Positions 15,571 through 26,051 of a stretch of DNA of 37,688 bases are shown here, piece by piece; positions within the stretch are counted from its first letter, which is position 1; each line of letters starts with the position of its first letter. This DNA is from a virus (lineage: Duplodnaviria > Caudoviricetes): the IMG/VR virus record IMGVR_UViG_3300033407_000066, positions 1 to 37,688 of that record. One strand, given 5' to 3'. The notes beneath the pieces were generated by a model. The model made no database searches, was not told the origin of the DNA, and worked only from the letters and a program-made list of their open reading frames with translations. Position numbers and translations under genes: made by a program.

Positions 15571-15839
15571 TCGTCACGTTCACACGATTCTAATTTGTCA
15601 GCTATTTTTCGCATGCTCTCTTCACTCATTGCAATCCAAGCATCAACCTGTCTCAATAGTTTTGTTGATTTTTTACCGTCTTCACTGCAATGAACCTGCA
15701 TCAATTTCCAATCTGTCTGTTGTGGGTGATCCCAATCAACGGATTCAAAATCTAATTGACACAGAGAAATAGTCCGTAATGTTTTACAGGACATTAAAGT
15801 AAATAAAAAAAATACTACTACAATCGTTTTCCAAGCCAT
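15567..15839 (-). CDS. Lipoprotein, possible outer spanin
   Basis: Lipobox LMSC; adjacent to endolysin. Confidence 0.6.
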   Translation of the reverse strand: MAWKTIVVVFFLFTLMSCKTLRTISLCQLDFESVDWDHPQQTDWKLMQVHCSEDGKKSTKLLRQVDAWIAMSEESMRKIADKLESCERDE

Positions 15840-16012
15840 TCAGATAGCTCCGTTAAATCTTTTTCCTGTTTCACTTTTTTAAATGCCTGGTCGAGCTGAC
15901 CCAGAGATTCTCTGCGCTGTTCTTTTGGAGTCTTTTTAAGACCCTCCACAATCATTAAAATGATTTTTAACAACATAGGCAACGCACTTAAAATTGCAGT
16001 AAATACGGCCAT
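15818..16012 (-). CDS. Small N-terminal TM protein, possible inner spanin/holin
   Basis: TM helix plus charged helix, overlapping the lipoprotein gene. Confidence 0.55.
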   Translation of the reverse strand: MAVFTAILSALPMLLKIILMIVEGLKKTPKEQRRESLGQLDQAFKKVKQEKDLTELSEWLGKRL

Positions 16013-16305
16013 TATTTCACGGCGTCCTGAATTTCGTCGGCCACCTCAGCCAAGTCAACTACTAGTTCCACAAGACGCTCACCGTCTTTATCGGTATCAA
16101 TAGCAAGTTTCAGTTTCGCACCCTCAAATCCTAACGATACAAGTTTAACACCCTCAACTGAAGCACCCCTAGCAAAAGCTTCTGACACTGCCTCGCTAAG
16201 ATTTAGTTTCAAGCTCACAACGTCTTGACCGTCTTTATTTGGATCTACAGCAAGAACCAATTCACCATTTTCAATTCCAAATTTGAATGCACTTGTTTCA
16301 GACAT
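16012..16305 (-). CDS. Hypothetical protein with internal duplication
   Basis: ENGELVLAVDPNKDGQDVVSL / EGAKLKLAIDTDKDGERLVEL. Confidence 0.75.
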   Translation of the reverse strand: MSETSAFKFGIENGELVLAVDPNKDGQDVVSLKLNLSEAVSEAFARGASVEGVKLVSLGFEGAKLKLAIDTDKDGERLVELVVDLAEVADEIQDAVK

Positions 16306-16317
16306 ATAAAAATCCCC

Positions 16318-17076
16318 TTATTCAAATGATATTACTATTAACTCACCCCGTCCGCCAGTGCCACCATTGGCACCAGTGGGATTTCCCCTCCCGCCGGACC
16401 CACCGCCCGCAGAAACTCCACCATCTCCCCCCGGTACACCGCCAGGTCCACCAGCGCCACCATTTCCTAATCCGGCACCCCCGCCGGACCCACCGACTGA
16501 AGTGCCTGCGTTGCTACCGCCGTCTCCCATTGGACTACGCTCAGCGTTAATAAAACTCGGCAGACCACCGGCAAACGCGCCGTTTGAACCTCGACCAATT
16601 CCGTGACTACCAATAGGGCCGCCACCGGCCCCTCTAAATGTTGCAAGCGTATCAAAAGTTGTGTCTCCCCCATCACCCCCGGCCGTCGGTCCCCCCGGAC
16701 CCCCGCCGCTTCCGCCCGTCCCACCCGCACCACCTAACCCAACAGTTACAGCATAGGCCGTTGACGGTGTTACAGTGATGAGTTTTTCACTAAAATATGC
16801 ACCACCACCGCCTCCGTATCCGCTTGCGTCGCCGATTGCACCCCCGCCACCACCACCCCCGCCACCACCTACTCCTATGACCAGTAGCAATGAAACATTA
16901 GGACCTGTTGTGTACGTTCCGTTTGATGTAAATGTTTGAACCGTCACCGTATTAGCGCGATCGATGAGAAAATTTAAGACCCCACCGACTTTAGTAAACA
17001 ACGCTTCATCAACAGGGAACCGTTCACTGATTTCGATGTCATGTAATTTTATTGATGTGTTAGCTAGGTTTGCCAT
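16318..17076 (-). CDS. Glycine-rich tail adhesin/fiber protein, paralog B
   Basis: QTFTSNGTYT...GGGGGG...YAVTVGLGGAGG glycine-rich domain. Confidence 0.85.
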   Translation of the reverse strand: MANLANTSIKLHDIEISERFPVDEALFTKVGGVLNFLIDRANTVTVQTFTSNGTYTTGPNVSLLLVIGVGGGGGGGGGGAIGDASGYGGGGGAYFSEKLITVTPSTAYAVTVGLGGAGGTGGSGGGPGGPTAGGDGGDTTFDTLATFRGAGGGPIGSHGIGRGSNGAFAGGLPSFINAERSPMGDGGSNAGTSVGGSGGGAGLGNGGAGGPGGVPGGDGGVSAGGGSGGRGNPTGANGGTGGRGELIVISFE

Positions 17077-17081
17077 AGTAA

Positions 17082-17897
17082 TTATACGTCAATTTTTTGT
17101 AGTTCGATAACAGTTAAAAATCCATCGCCGCCATTCCCACCCGCACCGCTCGAAACAAAACCCCGACCTCCGCCACCGCCACCGGCCGAAACTCCTCCAC
17201 TCACGCCGGGGTCCCCGCCATTGGGGGAATCCCTGCCTTGACCCCCATCCCCGCCATTACCAGTGCCCGCGCCACCACCCCCACCGTGAATAAATGTTTC
17301 CGCGAATGTTTCGCCTCTGTCTCCTGTCGGACTAGACTGCCCGCTCCTCCCGTTTGACCCGCCATCACAAAATCTGCCAAGACCTGGAAAACTAGTGTCG
17401 ATCAAATTAGTGGTTGCAACCCCTGGCTCACCCCCCAAACTTCCCTTGAATGTGATTAAACCGCCGAACGATGTATCAGTTCCATCACTACCAGGTGCCC
17501 CGTCCCCACTGCCCGGCGCACCTGCTCCCCCAGCTCCTCCCGTGCCGACAGTGATCGAATATAACGTGCTTGGTGAAACGGATAAACTCACTGTAGTGGG
17601 CCACGAACCACCTCCACCCGCACCCCCGGTGCCGTTCGCCGATCCAGTTCCATTAGTAAAAGCTCCGCCACCGCCACCTCCGCCACCACCCGCGCCGATT
17701 ACAATAACCGCAGTTACACCCGCACCCGTTGTATAGTTTCCACTAGTTGTAAATGTCTGTTGATCGATGACAAAACTACGATCAATCAAACCATTGAGCG
17801 ACTGCCCTATTTTAGTAAAAAGTGAAACGGTATTAGCTGCATCCGATTTCACTTCAGTGTCATTTATTTTAGTAATTGAATTTGTTAAATCTGCCAT
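17082..17897 (-). CDS. Glycine-rich tail adhesin/fiber protein, paralog A
   Basis: Same architecture; shares LFTK(I/V)G..LN.LIDR N-terminus with 16318..17076. Confidence 0.85.
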   Translation of the reverse strand: MADLTNSITKINDTEVKSDAANTVSLFTKIGQSLNGLIDRSFVIDQQTFTTSGNYTTGAGVTAVIVIGAGGGGGGGGGAFTNGTGSANGTGGAGGGGSWPTTVSLSVSPSTLYSITVGTGGAGGAGAPGSGDGAPGSDGTDTSFGGLITFKGSLGGEPGVATTNLIDTSFPGLGRFCDGGSNGRSGQSSPTGDRGETFAETFIHGGGGGAGTGNGGDGGQGRDSPNGGDPGVSGGVSAGGGGGGRGFVSSGAGGNGGDGFLTVIELQKIDV

Positions 17898-17906
17898 AAA
17901 AAAACC

Positions 17907-20138
17907 TCATAACATTTGATAGGGCACTGAACCGTCATCAAATGTCGCATTGTCAGTCATAAAACCATACCGTTGAGTCACCAGACTAGTCACGTCATTG
18001 TAGTCGCCAAACTGAATAATGTAGTCCTCTAGTGGAGTAAAACTCAACGCACTAGAAAATCTCAATATCGACCCATCAACAGCCGACAAAGTACGTCGAT
18101 TCAATGTTAAACCATCCGGCGATCGAATGATCAAAGTCTGACCTATAAAATCAATCCATTTATCACCTTCTAAAGTAAAAGTTGACGCAAATGACCGCTT
18201 CACTTGTAATTCAGTGGATGAGATAGATGAATCAACTAAAGAAGATCTTCCAATCAATGCAAATCTTTGAGATCCGTCAAAATTAGTATCCACTAATGTG
18301 AAAATAGTTTGACCGGTCTTTATGTTTGTTTTTTTATTTATGACTTCAAAATATTTAGCAGGTTTGTTTCTAGTACCGTCTTCTCTATTCAAAAGTTGTA
18401 AATCCGTACCGTCTACTATGACGTCATCACCAATTTCGACGTTAAAGCCAGACTTAAAAAATGTTTCAACATTTTCCATCATGTCAGAGGCAAACGCGTA
18501 TCTGAATAAAATTCTCGATGATATAGAAGCGGCTTGTGCTCCACCGGCTAGATCTCTGCGCATTCCAGTGGAGTCAACGCGATAAACTTTATTCCCAAAT
18601 GGTATTTGAGATTTTGATGTAGCGTTTACAGTGACCAAACCTTCATTAAATCTTTCATTATCTACGGGGTCCTGTTCAAACGCATACACCACAGTATTAT
18701 AGTAATTTCTATTCGTGGTCCGTCTTATCTTGAGTTTGTCTGGGTTTTTAATATTGTCATTGTTAAACGTCACTAAAACCTCACCCGGAATGGGAGGTGC
18801 AGTAAATCCAACCGATGACCGGCCTTTTCTTGGAACGCTATAACAACCCGCTGGCCGATAGATCTCCTGATTCAAAAATGTGTCCATTGTCAAGGTGTCT
18901 TGAAATTCAAATCTATAATTGAAACCTGATAAAAATATATCCCTAATTTCTAAGTGCTTTGCAACGTCAACCTCATCAGGTGTCATTGCTAAGCCTTCAC
19001 CCAATGAATCATATTGAGATCTAAATGACGCGGTTGCAGACGTTGCCTCGGTGACAAGTGAAGCGCCGTCGACTTGTATATATGAGCCAGAATCAACCTT
19101 AACGACCGATGTTATTTGTCTGCCAGTGAAATTGTTAGCCGCATCTGTTGCACCTGTAATTGAAACATAATCACCTATGGTCAATCCGTATTCTAATTCT
19201 ACATCAACACCAGCAAAGTAAACCGCATTTGATATTATTGTCCCTTCAACATTTTGAAAGGTGTTAACAGTAACTGCCGATGCAAAGTTTCCATTAACAC
19301 CAGACAACATCATTTTTAAGGCGAGTGTTAATGAATTTTCTTCGATAGACACAACACTAGATACAGAAGCATCATCCTCATGAGATGTTGCTATAGTCCC
19401 TAGTTGGGCTCTCACTACACCTGAAAAACCAGTCCCCGTTGTACCTGTATATTTGATGATCTCATCATCAATGCGAATATAATAATTGATCGCTGAGTCA
19501 GGAGAGCCGTTAGGTCCATTCACTGGAATTAAAAACTCAGAATTGTCATCCACTGGAATAGTGGTTGTAGTATTATCTATACCACCGTCCAGTTGTGTCG
19601 TTTGTTTTTGAAATAACTCTTGTCTTTTTTTTGTGTCTGGGTGCGCTATGTTAAGAGATACTAACCCAGCCCCAGCCACTGCTTCATCAACCGTACCGCG
19701 AAACAAAATAATAAAATCATCGGGGAATGCTGTCCCTGAAAAACCAATCCAAACTTTGCATTTTCTAGCTAGAATATCCGTGATTTCTACACCAGGAGAA
19801 ATCAATCTTGAAATTTCTAAAGACTTATCTAGTAACGCCACTGTAAAACTAGACACTGACGACACTGTCCCTTGATCTGGCCTTAACTGTTGATTGATCG
19901 TCGTTGATGTACCATCTAAGCTAATGGTTTTACTCTGCTCGTCAGACGCAAAGTCTGTTAGACCCCCGTACACTAAACCGGTATCACCGTACTGAATCGG
20001 GTCACCGTATTTGGCAACTTTTTGAATACCAATGACACCAAACTTTTTAGATACCCCGTCTATCTCCAAAACTATTTGAGGAGATATCGCCAATTCATTG
20101 GCTTTCCGTTGCGCTCGTGGGGTTAGTTGTAATGTCAT
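17907..20138 (-). CDS. Tail tip/hub protein
   Basis: 743 aa, position in tail module, YIRIDDEIIKY...VVRAQLGT..H motif common in tail proteins. Confidence 0.7.
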   Translation of the reverse strand: MTLQLTPRAQRKANELAISPQIVLEIDGVSKKFGVIGIQKVAKYGDPIQYGDTGLVYGGLTDFASDEQSKTISLDGTSTTINQQLRPDQGTVSSVSSFTVALLDKSLEISRLISPGVEITDILARKCKVWIGFSGTAFPDDFIILFRGTVDEAVAGAGLVSLNIAHPDTKKRQELFQKQTTQLDGGIDNTTTTIPVDDNSEFLIPVNGPNGSPDSAINYYIRIDDEIIKYTGTTGTGFSGVVRAQLGTIATSHEDDASVSSVVSIEENSLTLALKMMLSGVNGNFASAVTVNTFQNVEGTIISNAVYFAGVDVELEYGLTIGDYVSITGATDAANNFTGRQITSVVKVDSGSYIQVDGASLVTEATSATASFRSQYDSLGEGLAMTPDEVDVAKHLEIRDIFLSGFNYRFEFQDTLTMDTFLNQEIYRPAGCYSVPRKGRSSVGFTAPPIPGEVLVTFNNDNIKNPDKLKIRRTTNRNYYNTVVYAFEQDPVDNERFNEGLVTVNATSKSQIPFGNKVYRVDSTGMRRDLAGGAQAASISSRILFRYAFASDMMENVETFFKSGFNVEIGDDVIVDGTDLQLLNREDGTRNKPAKYFEVINKKTNIKTGQTIFTLVDTNFDGSQRFALIGRSSLVDSSISSTELQVKRSFASTFTLEGDKWIDFIGQTLIIRSPDGLTLNRRTLSAVDGSILRFSSALSFTPLEDYIIQFGDYNDVTSLVTQRYGFMTDNATFDDGSVPYQML

Positions 20139-22973
20139 CTAGTGAACCTTTGTTATCCTAAAACCATCTCCCCAAGTCGACCCCCCCGTAGTGACTGCAT
20201 CTCCGTGTGCTCGGATAACGTCCCCTCGACTGAGTTTTACCGTAGTGGATGCCACGCCGATAGCACCCGCACCCCCGGTGTTCACCCCTATCAGTCTGTT
20301 TGCAGCAGTGATACTCACTAAGTTTGTCGTCAATTGATTCGAATTCAAACTAATCCCAAAATTGGACGCCGCACTAAACTGGTCATGGTAGTGCATAGAA
20401 TACACCCCACTCTCATTGATCGTAAAACTATCTCCGTTTGTACCATCACTTGCATAGGTAATAGCATTACCCTCATTTTTACCTACAGTGCTAAATGTTC
20501 TAATTTTAGTGTTGGTTGACCCGTACCCGCTTGCTGAGTAAACCCAAACCTCTGAATGAGCTAGATCAACCCCGATGGCTTGGACATTTTCAGATACGAC
20601 TAAATCCATAAACCAGTCAGCTGATGTCACATCACCGTCGGATTGAAATCCTGTTCTGTTATTATTTGCTTGATACAAAACTGGCGTGATAACAAAAACA
20701 CCTGTAGCCGGGTCATAGTTTGTTACATAACCAATATTTTCTAAAGAGGCAGCTATGTGCGGGCTTGGATCATGGAACCCAGTTCTACCTGTGCTTAGGT
20801 ATGATTCCATTTTAATTTGTTTATTTTTACCTAAGAATATTTCATACCGACTAGGTTCATTGTTTGAATCGGCTGTCGCAAACGATGCAGAATGAAAAAC
20901 CTTGATCCCATCTGCAGCACTGGGCAACGACGATGGTTCACCGTTAGTATCAGTGAATGTTCTAGCACCCGCGTTCCGAAGTTGTGATCTCCACTCACCC
21001 AGTCTTGTAGGCGTAGACGTGACCCGCGTTCCGTTAGCAATGATATTAGAAATTCTAAACGTCTGACCGTTTCCAACCGCCACATTAGACGTCCAACCTG
21101 AAATAGGTACCTTGGCTGTAAACGTATATCTGACGGTAGCATTAGATAAGTCAACCCTTCCAGAGGCTACGTTTCCATATCCGTTTGTCTGATTAAAAAC
21201 GATTAAGTTTAACCCTGTTGCACTGATAAGTTTTACGTCACCGTGTTCTCTAGACGTTCCATCAAACGTGTTACAGTCTCCAACTTTACCTAGATCGTTA
21301 TTAACTAAATCTAAGAATACTTTTTGCGTATCAGCGGCGTACCCAGAGGGTAATCCAAAAATATACGACGACCCTGTACCAGCCGTACCACCAGCGGACT
21401 GTTGATAGTCATAACGGATCTCCATCGAATCACCGACACGTCTCCAAAAAGCTGAGTCCGTTACAATTGTTCCCTTTGTGGGGTTGGTTCCTGTTGTTGT
21501 AATAACCATTGGGAAATCTGTCCAGTCAGTCATGGCTGGTCCGACTATTGTGGATTGTGGACCCACGGAAACTTGATCAAATTTGAACGTCCACGCAAGT
21601 GTAGATGTTGTCGAAATATGCAGTATTAGCCTATAATTTCTACTCTCATCATCTTGTATATTCCAATGTGCTAAATATTTACCTGTTTGTGACGTTAAAA
21701 AAATTTGTTCAGGACGGATAAGAGTATCGGTATCGTCGTCGTAAATAAAAACATTTAAGTCCCCCCCATCCCCCACGACAAGATTTGATGACCCCTCATA
21801 CTCAAAAGAAACTTCCTGTCTTTGAGATATTAACGCGTCAGATCGACCAATGGAAAAATCGACAGATGCACCTTCTCCCTGACGATCGAAACCGTCTTTT
21901 GTTAATAAAAAAGAGCCCGCGCCACGGAGAGGATTTGTATCGGTTCTAGCAACAGTAACTGTCGGAGAATTTCCAAACCCGTCAACGGGTTCTTCTCCCG
22001 CAAGGTTTTGATAAGCTGCCCAATTTCCAACCGAATTTTCTGCGTCTACATCGTCGTGTGTTAGGTGATTTATGCCACCACTACCACCCGACCCTGAACC
22101 GATTTCTAATAAAGATGTCCCGTCATCGTATTTCAATACGTCCAGGGTTGTGTCGTATAAAATAGTCCCCTGTTTCCTGGTTAAACTACTCAGTGTCCCT
22201 GTAGCGGCTTTGGGTACAGTCATCCGACTCGCATTGGACGCAGTACCCCCGTCAAAATCTTTATTTGTTAATTGCTGTTGACCCGATACCGTTGCAACCT
22301 CAACTTCTGAACCCAAAGCACCTAACTTGAATTTTGATGTTAACGCATCCTCATAAACAAAAGACCCGTCGGTTGATGCACGCTCGACTGTGAGACCCGA
22401 ACCCTCAGAAGAGGCGTCATTCCCCCCACTATTAACAGTGATATTAGCGTCCTCAACATCTAATGTCGCCGTGTCGATCGTGGTCGTAGTACCATTCACT
22501 GTTAAATCACCTGACAAAACAAGACTTCCAGCATTCACAGTATCAAGGGTTGTCACCCCTACAACGTCTAATGTCCCATCAACAGTCAGGTTTTCATTGG
22601 ATGTTATGCGTACACCTGAATTCGATTCCATTACAGCCGTGGTACCCGTCGCAGCTATCACACCTCCTGTAGTTGAGGGACTCGTTGGCATTTTAGAATC
22701 AAGTTTACCTATGGCAACTTTCCTGTCATCCCCATCCGAAACAACTCTATTAGAACTATAAACTTTTCTATTAGCGTCACCTTCCCCGTCAGTACCATCC
22801 GAGTCAGACACCTCATTGATCAATCGTTGCGCGTTAATAACTTCATCACCACTATTCGCATCGGATGTATTATTTAGATTCACTACACCTGTCGTTGATG
22901 TGTTTGCCGTGCGTGACATAAATGCCGCATTAGTTACCGTCGCATTAACATCCTGACCATTTGATACCGTCAT
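20139..22973 (-). CDS. Tail fiber protein
   Basis: 944 aa, G/T/S-rich, LSGDLTVNGTTTT fiber motif, beta-rich C-terminal domains. Confidence 0.8.
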   Translation of the reverse strand: MTVSNGQDVNATVTNAAFMSRTANTSTTGVVNLNNTSDANSGDEVINAQRLINEVSDSDGTDGEGDANRKVYSSNRVVSDGDDRKVAIGKLDSKMPTSPSTTGGVIAATGTTAVMESNSGVRITSNENLTVDGTLDVVGVTTLDTVNAGSLVLSGDLTVNGTTTTIDTATLDVEDANITVNSGGNDASSEGSGLTVERASTDGSFVYEDALTSKFKLGALGSEVEVATVSGQQQLTNKDFDGGTASNASRMTVPKAATGTLSSLTRKQGTILYDTTLDVLKYDDGTSLLEIGSGSGGSGGINHLTHDDVDAENSVGNWAAYQNLAGEEPVDGFGNSPTVTVARTDTNPLRGAGSFLLTKDGFDRQGEGASVDFSIGRSDALISQRQEVSFEYEGSSNLVVGDGGDLNVFIYDDDTDTLIRPEQIFLTSQTGKYLAHWNIQDDESRNYRLILHISTTSTLAWTFKFDQVSVGPQSTIVGPAMTDWTDFPMVITTTGTNPTKGTIVTDSAFWRRVGDSMEIRYDYQQSAGGTAGTGSSYIFGLPSGYAADTQKVFLDLVNNDLGKVGDCNTFDGTSREHGDVKLISATGLNLIVFNQTNGYGNVASGRVDLSNATVRYTFTAKVPISGWTSNVAVGNGQTFRISNIIANGTRVTSTPTRLGEWRSQLRNAGARTFTDTNGEPSSLPSAADGIKVFHSASFATADSNNEPSRYEIFLGKNKQIKMESYLSTGRTGFHDPSPHIAASLENIGYVTNYDPATGVFVITPVLYQANNNRTGFQSDGDVTSADWFMDLVVSENVQAIGVDLAHSEVWVYSASGYGSTNTKIRTFSTVGKNEGNAITYASDGTNGDSFTINESGVYSMHYHDQFSAASNFGISLNSNQLTTNLVSITAANRLIGVNTGGAGAIGVASTTVKLSRGDVIRAHGDAVTTGGSTWGDGFRITKVH

Positions 22974-23746
22974 GAAACCACCCTTAAAATAATAACGCCT
23001 GAGTCATAAAAACCAGGCAAACTTTTACCCACTAGTTCAATGAGTTTATAAGATATGCCATCAGAATCACCCGAAGTTGATTCTAAAATCACTTTTTGAA
23101 AAGTATTCTCATCGTCCTCATTTGGCATAAACTCAAACCGAGCTTTTGTAATCATAAACTGAATGAATGTCCTAAAATCAGATACACCAGTCGGTCTATT
23201 TCTAATCACTGACGAATCACCCATAGAGTAGTCAGTGATAAATTTGAAATTCATTTGTATGTTCAACCGACTCCCAAAAGTAACGACCTCAACCTCTCCT
23301 GACGCCGACTCATTGACCGCTGCATTTTGAGCACCTTGAAAATCTTCAGAAGGAACGTAGTCTTGCAATTTTAATTGTGTCGTGTACTGAGATCCAGAAA
23401 CACTATTAGACGTGTAGCTATTTGTACCCGTCACGTCGGACCCAGTAAATCCTGCTAATGAAAAGACAGAGCTACCCGATCTAGAACCTGACGATATAAG
23501 TAAATCAAAATTTCCGGCCGCAGCGATTGTAAATGTTCTATCTGCTCGGTTAGTAGACACAGTATAAACCTGTCCCCCCACCTCATTCATCGCGTTTTGA
23601 ATGGCTTCGCCTAATTCTGTATACGAATACCCACCTTGAGCTACAGAAGCTTGTAATTCCCCCCCACCCTCATCAAAATCTAAGGCGATGTTTGTAGCGT
23701 CTACAGTGTACCCGAAATAAAATTTTGAATGTGTCTGTAATGCCAT
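22970..23746 (-). CDS. Distal-tail-like protein
   Basis: Immediately after the tape measure gene. Confidence 0.6.
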   Translation of the reverse strand: MALQTHSKFYFGYTVDATNIALDFDEGGGELQASVAQGGYSYTELGEAIQNAMNEVGGQVYTVSTNRADRTFTIAAAGNFDLLISSGSRSGSSVFSLAGFTGSDVTGTNSYTSNSVSGSQYTTQLKLQDYVPSEDFQGAQNAAVNESASGEVEVVTFGSRLNIQMNFKFITDYSMGDSSVIRNRPTGVSDFRTFIQFMITKARFEFMPNEDDENTFQKVILESTSGDSDGISYKLIELVGKSLPGFYDSGVIILRVVS

Positions 23747-23749
23747 TTG

Positions 23750-25486
23750 TTAAACCTGTACTATTCTCACTCCGTTAGTTCCAAATGTTTCATTGAGAAC
23801 CTCGGCTATTTCTAATCCTGTTTCACGTCGATCTAAAACATTTCCCTGAATATTTACAACGACACGTTGCTCTGATTGATTTGTGTCTGGCTGTTCTAAT
23901 GCTGACCCTTGACCCGTAACGTCTGCCTCAAATGAGCTTGGACTAGATCCACTGACAGCAGGTTTTGCAGGAGCACCTCCGCCACCACCCGCGATTGCTT
24001 TCAATGCCCCACCTAAAATAATCAAAGCAGCTCCCCCTGCTAATTGAGTAGCCGCTGCGGGAGGATTGAGAAATAGGTTAGCTAAACCCAAAGTAAAATA
24101 AAATGTCCCTAATTGTAGAGCGAGATCCCCAAACACACCTAAGATTGATTTTCCAAAAGCTTCAAATGCGTCATCTCCGTTTACAATTGCAGCGCCGATC
24201 GATGCGAAACTATTAGCAACACCCCCCGCAAATTGTTTAACTGCACCGGTCAATTTTCCCTTTAGAGAGTTAGCTAAATTTTGAGCGCCTTGTTCAGTTG
24301 TTGCAAATATCTCATTAAGTCCGTCGGTAACCTGACTACTGGCTGACACACCGTCAATAATGCCGTGTAGTGTTTGTTCAGTTGTTAGCTTTATTGCGTT
24401 ATTTAATGTAGGCCCTTGTTTTTTTAGGGCGTCACTAATTCTAGTGATAAATTCTTCAACTTTTGAAGTGATATTAAAGTTGAATAAGTTTTGGTCTAAT
24501 CTCTCTCTAAGATTGTCAAACTCTTTTCCTACTGCCTTTAGTTCACCTAATAAGATTAGGTCTTTTAATTTAGATATCCCAGCCAATAAAATAGCGATAT
24601 TTTGAAAAGAATTTACTACAAATTCCGCTGTAGCCAACGTACCAATTAATATTTTATCCAACCCTTCAAATTGTGCGTTGAATTCTGATATGTCTATATT
24701 ACCGATCCGTTCAGCGAACGACGCAAAAGCAAGTGCTGCCTGATTTATTGTTGCAATGATGACTGGGTTTTGAACTACAAACTTACCTATAGATTCTAAA
24801 AAACCAACAAAAGTATTAGACAAGTTGGTTACAGCACCGTCAAAAGTTTTCAGCTGTCCAGCCGCCGCACCTGCAACTGTTTCGCCTAACAGTCGGGTCG
24901 CCGCACCTGAAAGTAACTGTGTTTTTGTTAAACCTCTAATTCGAGAGTCATAGTTAGCGATATCCGCTGAACTACCCTGCGTCGCCCGTCCTAATCGTCT
25001 GACCGCCTCAGTCACATTGATGTCTGCAAACGCAGCGAAGTCAATTGCTACTCTCGTTAACTCCTTTGCCGCCTCCGCGTTTTTCGTAAAAGAATTAGCT
25101 AAAGCTATGTTATCTAAAATAACCTCGTCACCTAAACCAGAAACTAGTTGCAAAGCAGACGCATATTCTTGAATTCCCTTAGACGCTGTAACAGTAAAAT
25201 CACCCGATTGTTTTAATGATTGATTTAATTTAGCTACCGCTTTTTCTTGCCGAGCCGCTGCCGATAAAATAGCTCGGCCACCGAAGGCAGCGGCTAACCC
25301 AGCTGCCAATCCTAAAACACGTCTACCTAAACTAGAAAAACTTTTTGATATTCCGTTTTCAATGTTGGTTCCAATTTTGTTTCCAACATTAGTCGCGGCC
25401 TTTGCACCGTCTGTTTGGACTTTTTTAAGATCTTTACTAATCCCTCGAAGATCTAAAGCAATGTCTGTTAAAATTTCATTTGCCAT
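23750..25486 (-). CDS. Tail tape measure protein
   Basis: Ala/Leu/Gly-rich helical protein with hydrophobic segments and VVVNIQGNV C-terminus, after the chaperone genes. Confidence 0.9.
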   Translation of the reverse strand: MANEILTDIALDLRGISKDLKKVQTDGAKAATNVGNKIGTNIENGISKSFSSLGRRVLGLAAGLAAAFGGRAILSAAARQEKAVAKLNQSLKQSGDFTVTASKGIQEYASALQLVSGLGDEVILDNIALANSFTKNAEAAKELTRVAIDFAAFADINVTEAVRRLGRATQGSSADIANYDSRIRGLTKTQLLSGAATRLLGETVAGAAAGQLKTFDGAVTNLSNTFVGFLESIGKFVVQNPVIIATINQAALAFASFAERIGNIDISEFNAQFEGLDKILIGTLATAEFVVNSFQNIAILLAGISKLKDLILLGELKAVGKEFDNLRERLDQNLFNFNITSKVEEFITRISDALKKQGPTLNNAIKLTTEQTLHGIIDGVSASSQVTDGLNEIFATTEQGAQNLANSLKGKLTGAVKQFAGGVANSFASIGAAIVNGDDAFEAFGKSILGVFGDLALQLGTFYFTLGLANLFLNPPAAATQLAGGAALIILGGALKAIAGGGGGAPAKPAVSGSSPSSFEADVTGQGSALEQPDTNQSEQRVVVNIQGNVLDRRETGLEIAEVLNETFGTNGVRIVQV

Positions 25487-26047
25487 TGAGTGCCCGTCCT
25501 AATCGTTCAGCTAATTCACGGGTTGTCATGGGTTTCTGCTCATAACCCTCAATTTCAAATGGTTTTACTTTGCCCTGTTTAGTGAGATCTTTCCAAAACT
25601 TGCTTTGATTTGACTTCTTCATGTGAGGGTACGCACTGATTCTAGCTTGTCTCATTGATTCATGTGCTTCAATCACTGGTATGGCCCTCCAATATCCGTC
25701 AAGCGTATCTATATCAACGGCATCTATGTCATTGTCGGTCCAACCGTAGGTATAAGCAATCTTAGCTAACTTATACTCATATTCATCTACGCCTATTTTT
25801 TTTTAGGTGCAATCAAAGCCTCAGACAATGCTTCCATTGCATCGGTGTCTAATGACTCGGAAACTTCTTTAGGCATTCCAAGTTTTTCCAACATCTCAAC
25901 CATGATATCAATGCTAGCTGATTTATCCTCTTGTAGCTGTTTTTGCATTAACCGCGATTCGCCGACAGTCGGTTTACGCATGACATACTCCCCTGACTCC
26001 AAAATCACTTTGATGCCAGGGGCTTTTGTTAATTTCAGTTCTTCCAT
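25476..26047 (-). CDS. Tail assembly chaperone, long (-1 frameshift) form
   Basis: A9 run at 25796-25804; the -1 frame is open from there (KIGVDEYEYKLAKIAYTYGWT...) into ORF 25476..25676. Confidence 0.8.
25793..26047 (-). CDS. Tail assembly chaperone, short form
   Basis: MRKPTV motif, ends PKKK*, between major tail and tape measure genes. Confidence 0.85.
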   Translation of the reverse strand: MEELKLTKAPGIKVILESGEYVMRKPTVGESRLMQKQLQEDKSASIDIMVEMLEKLGMPKEVSESLDTDAMEALSEALIAPKKK

Positions 26048-26051
26048 AAGT

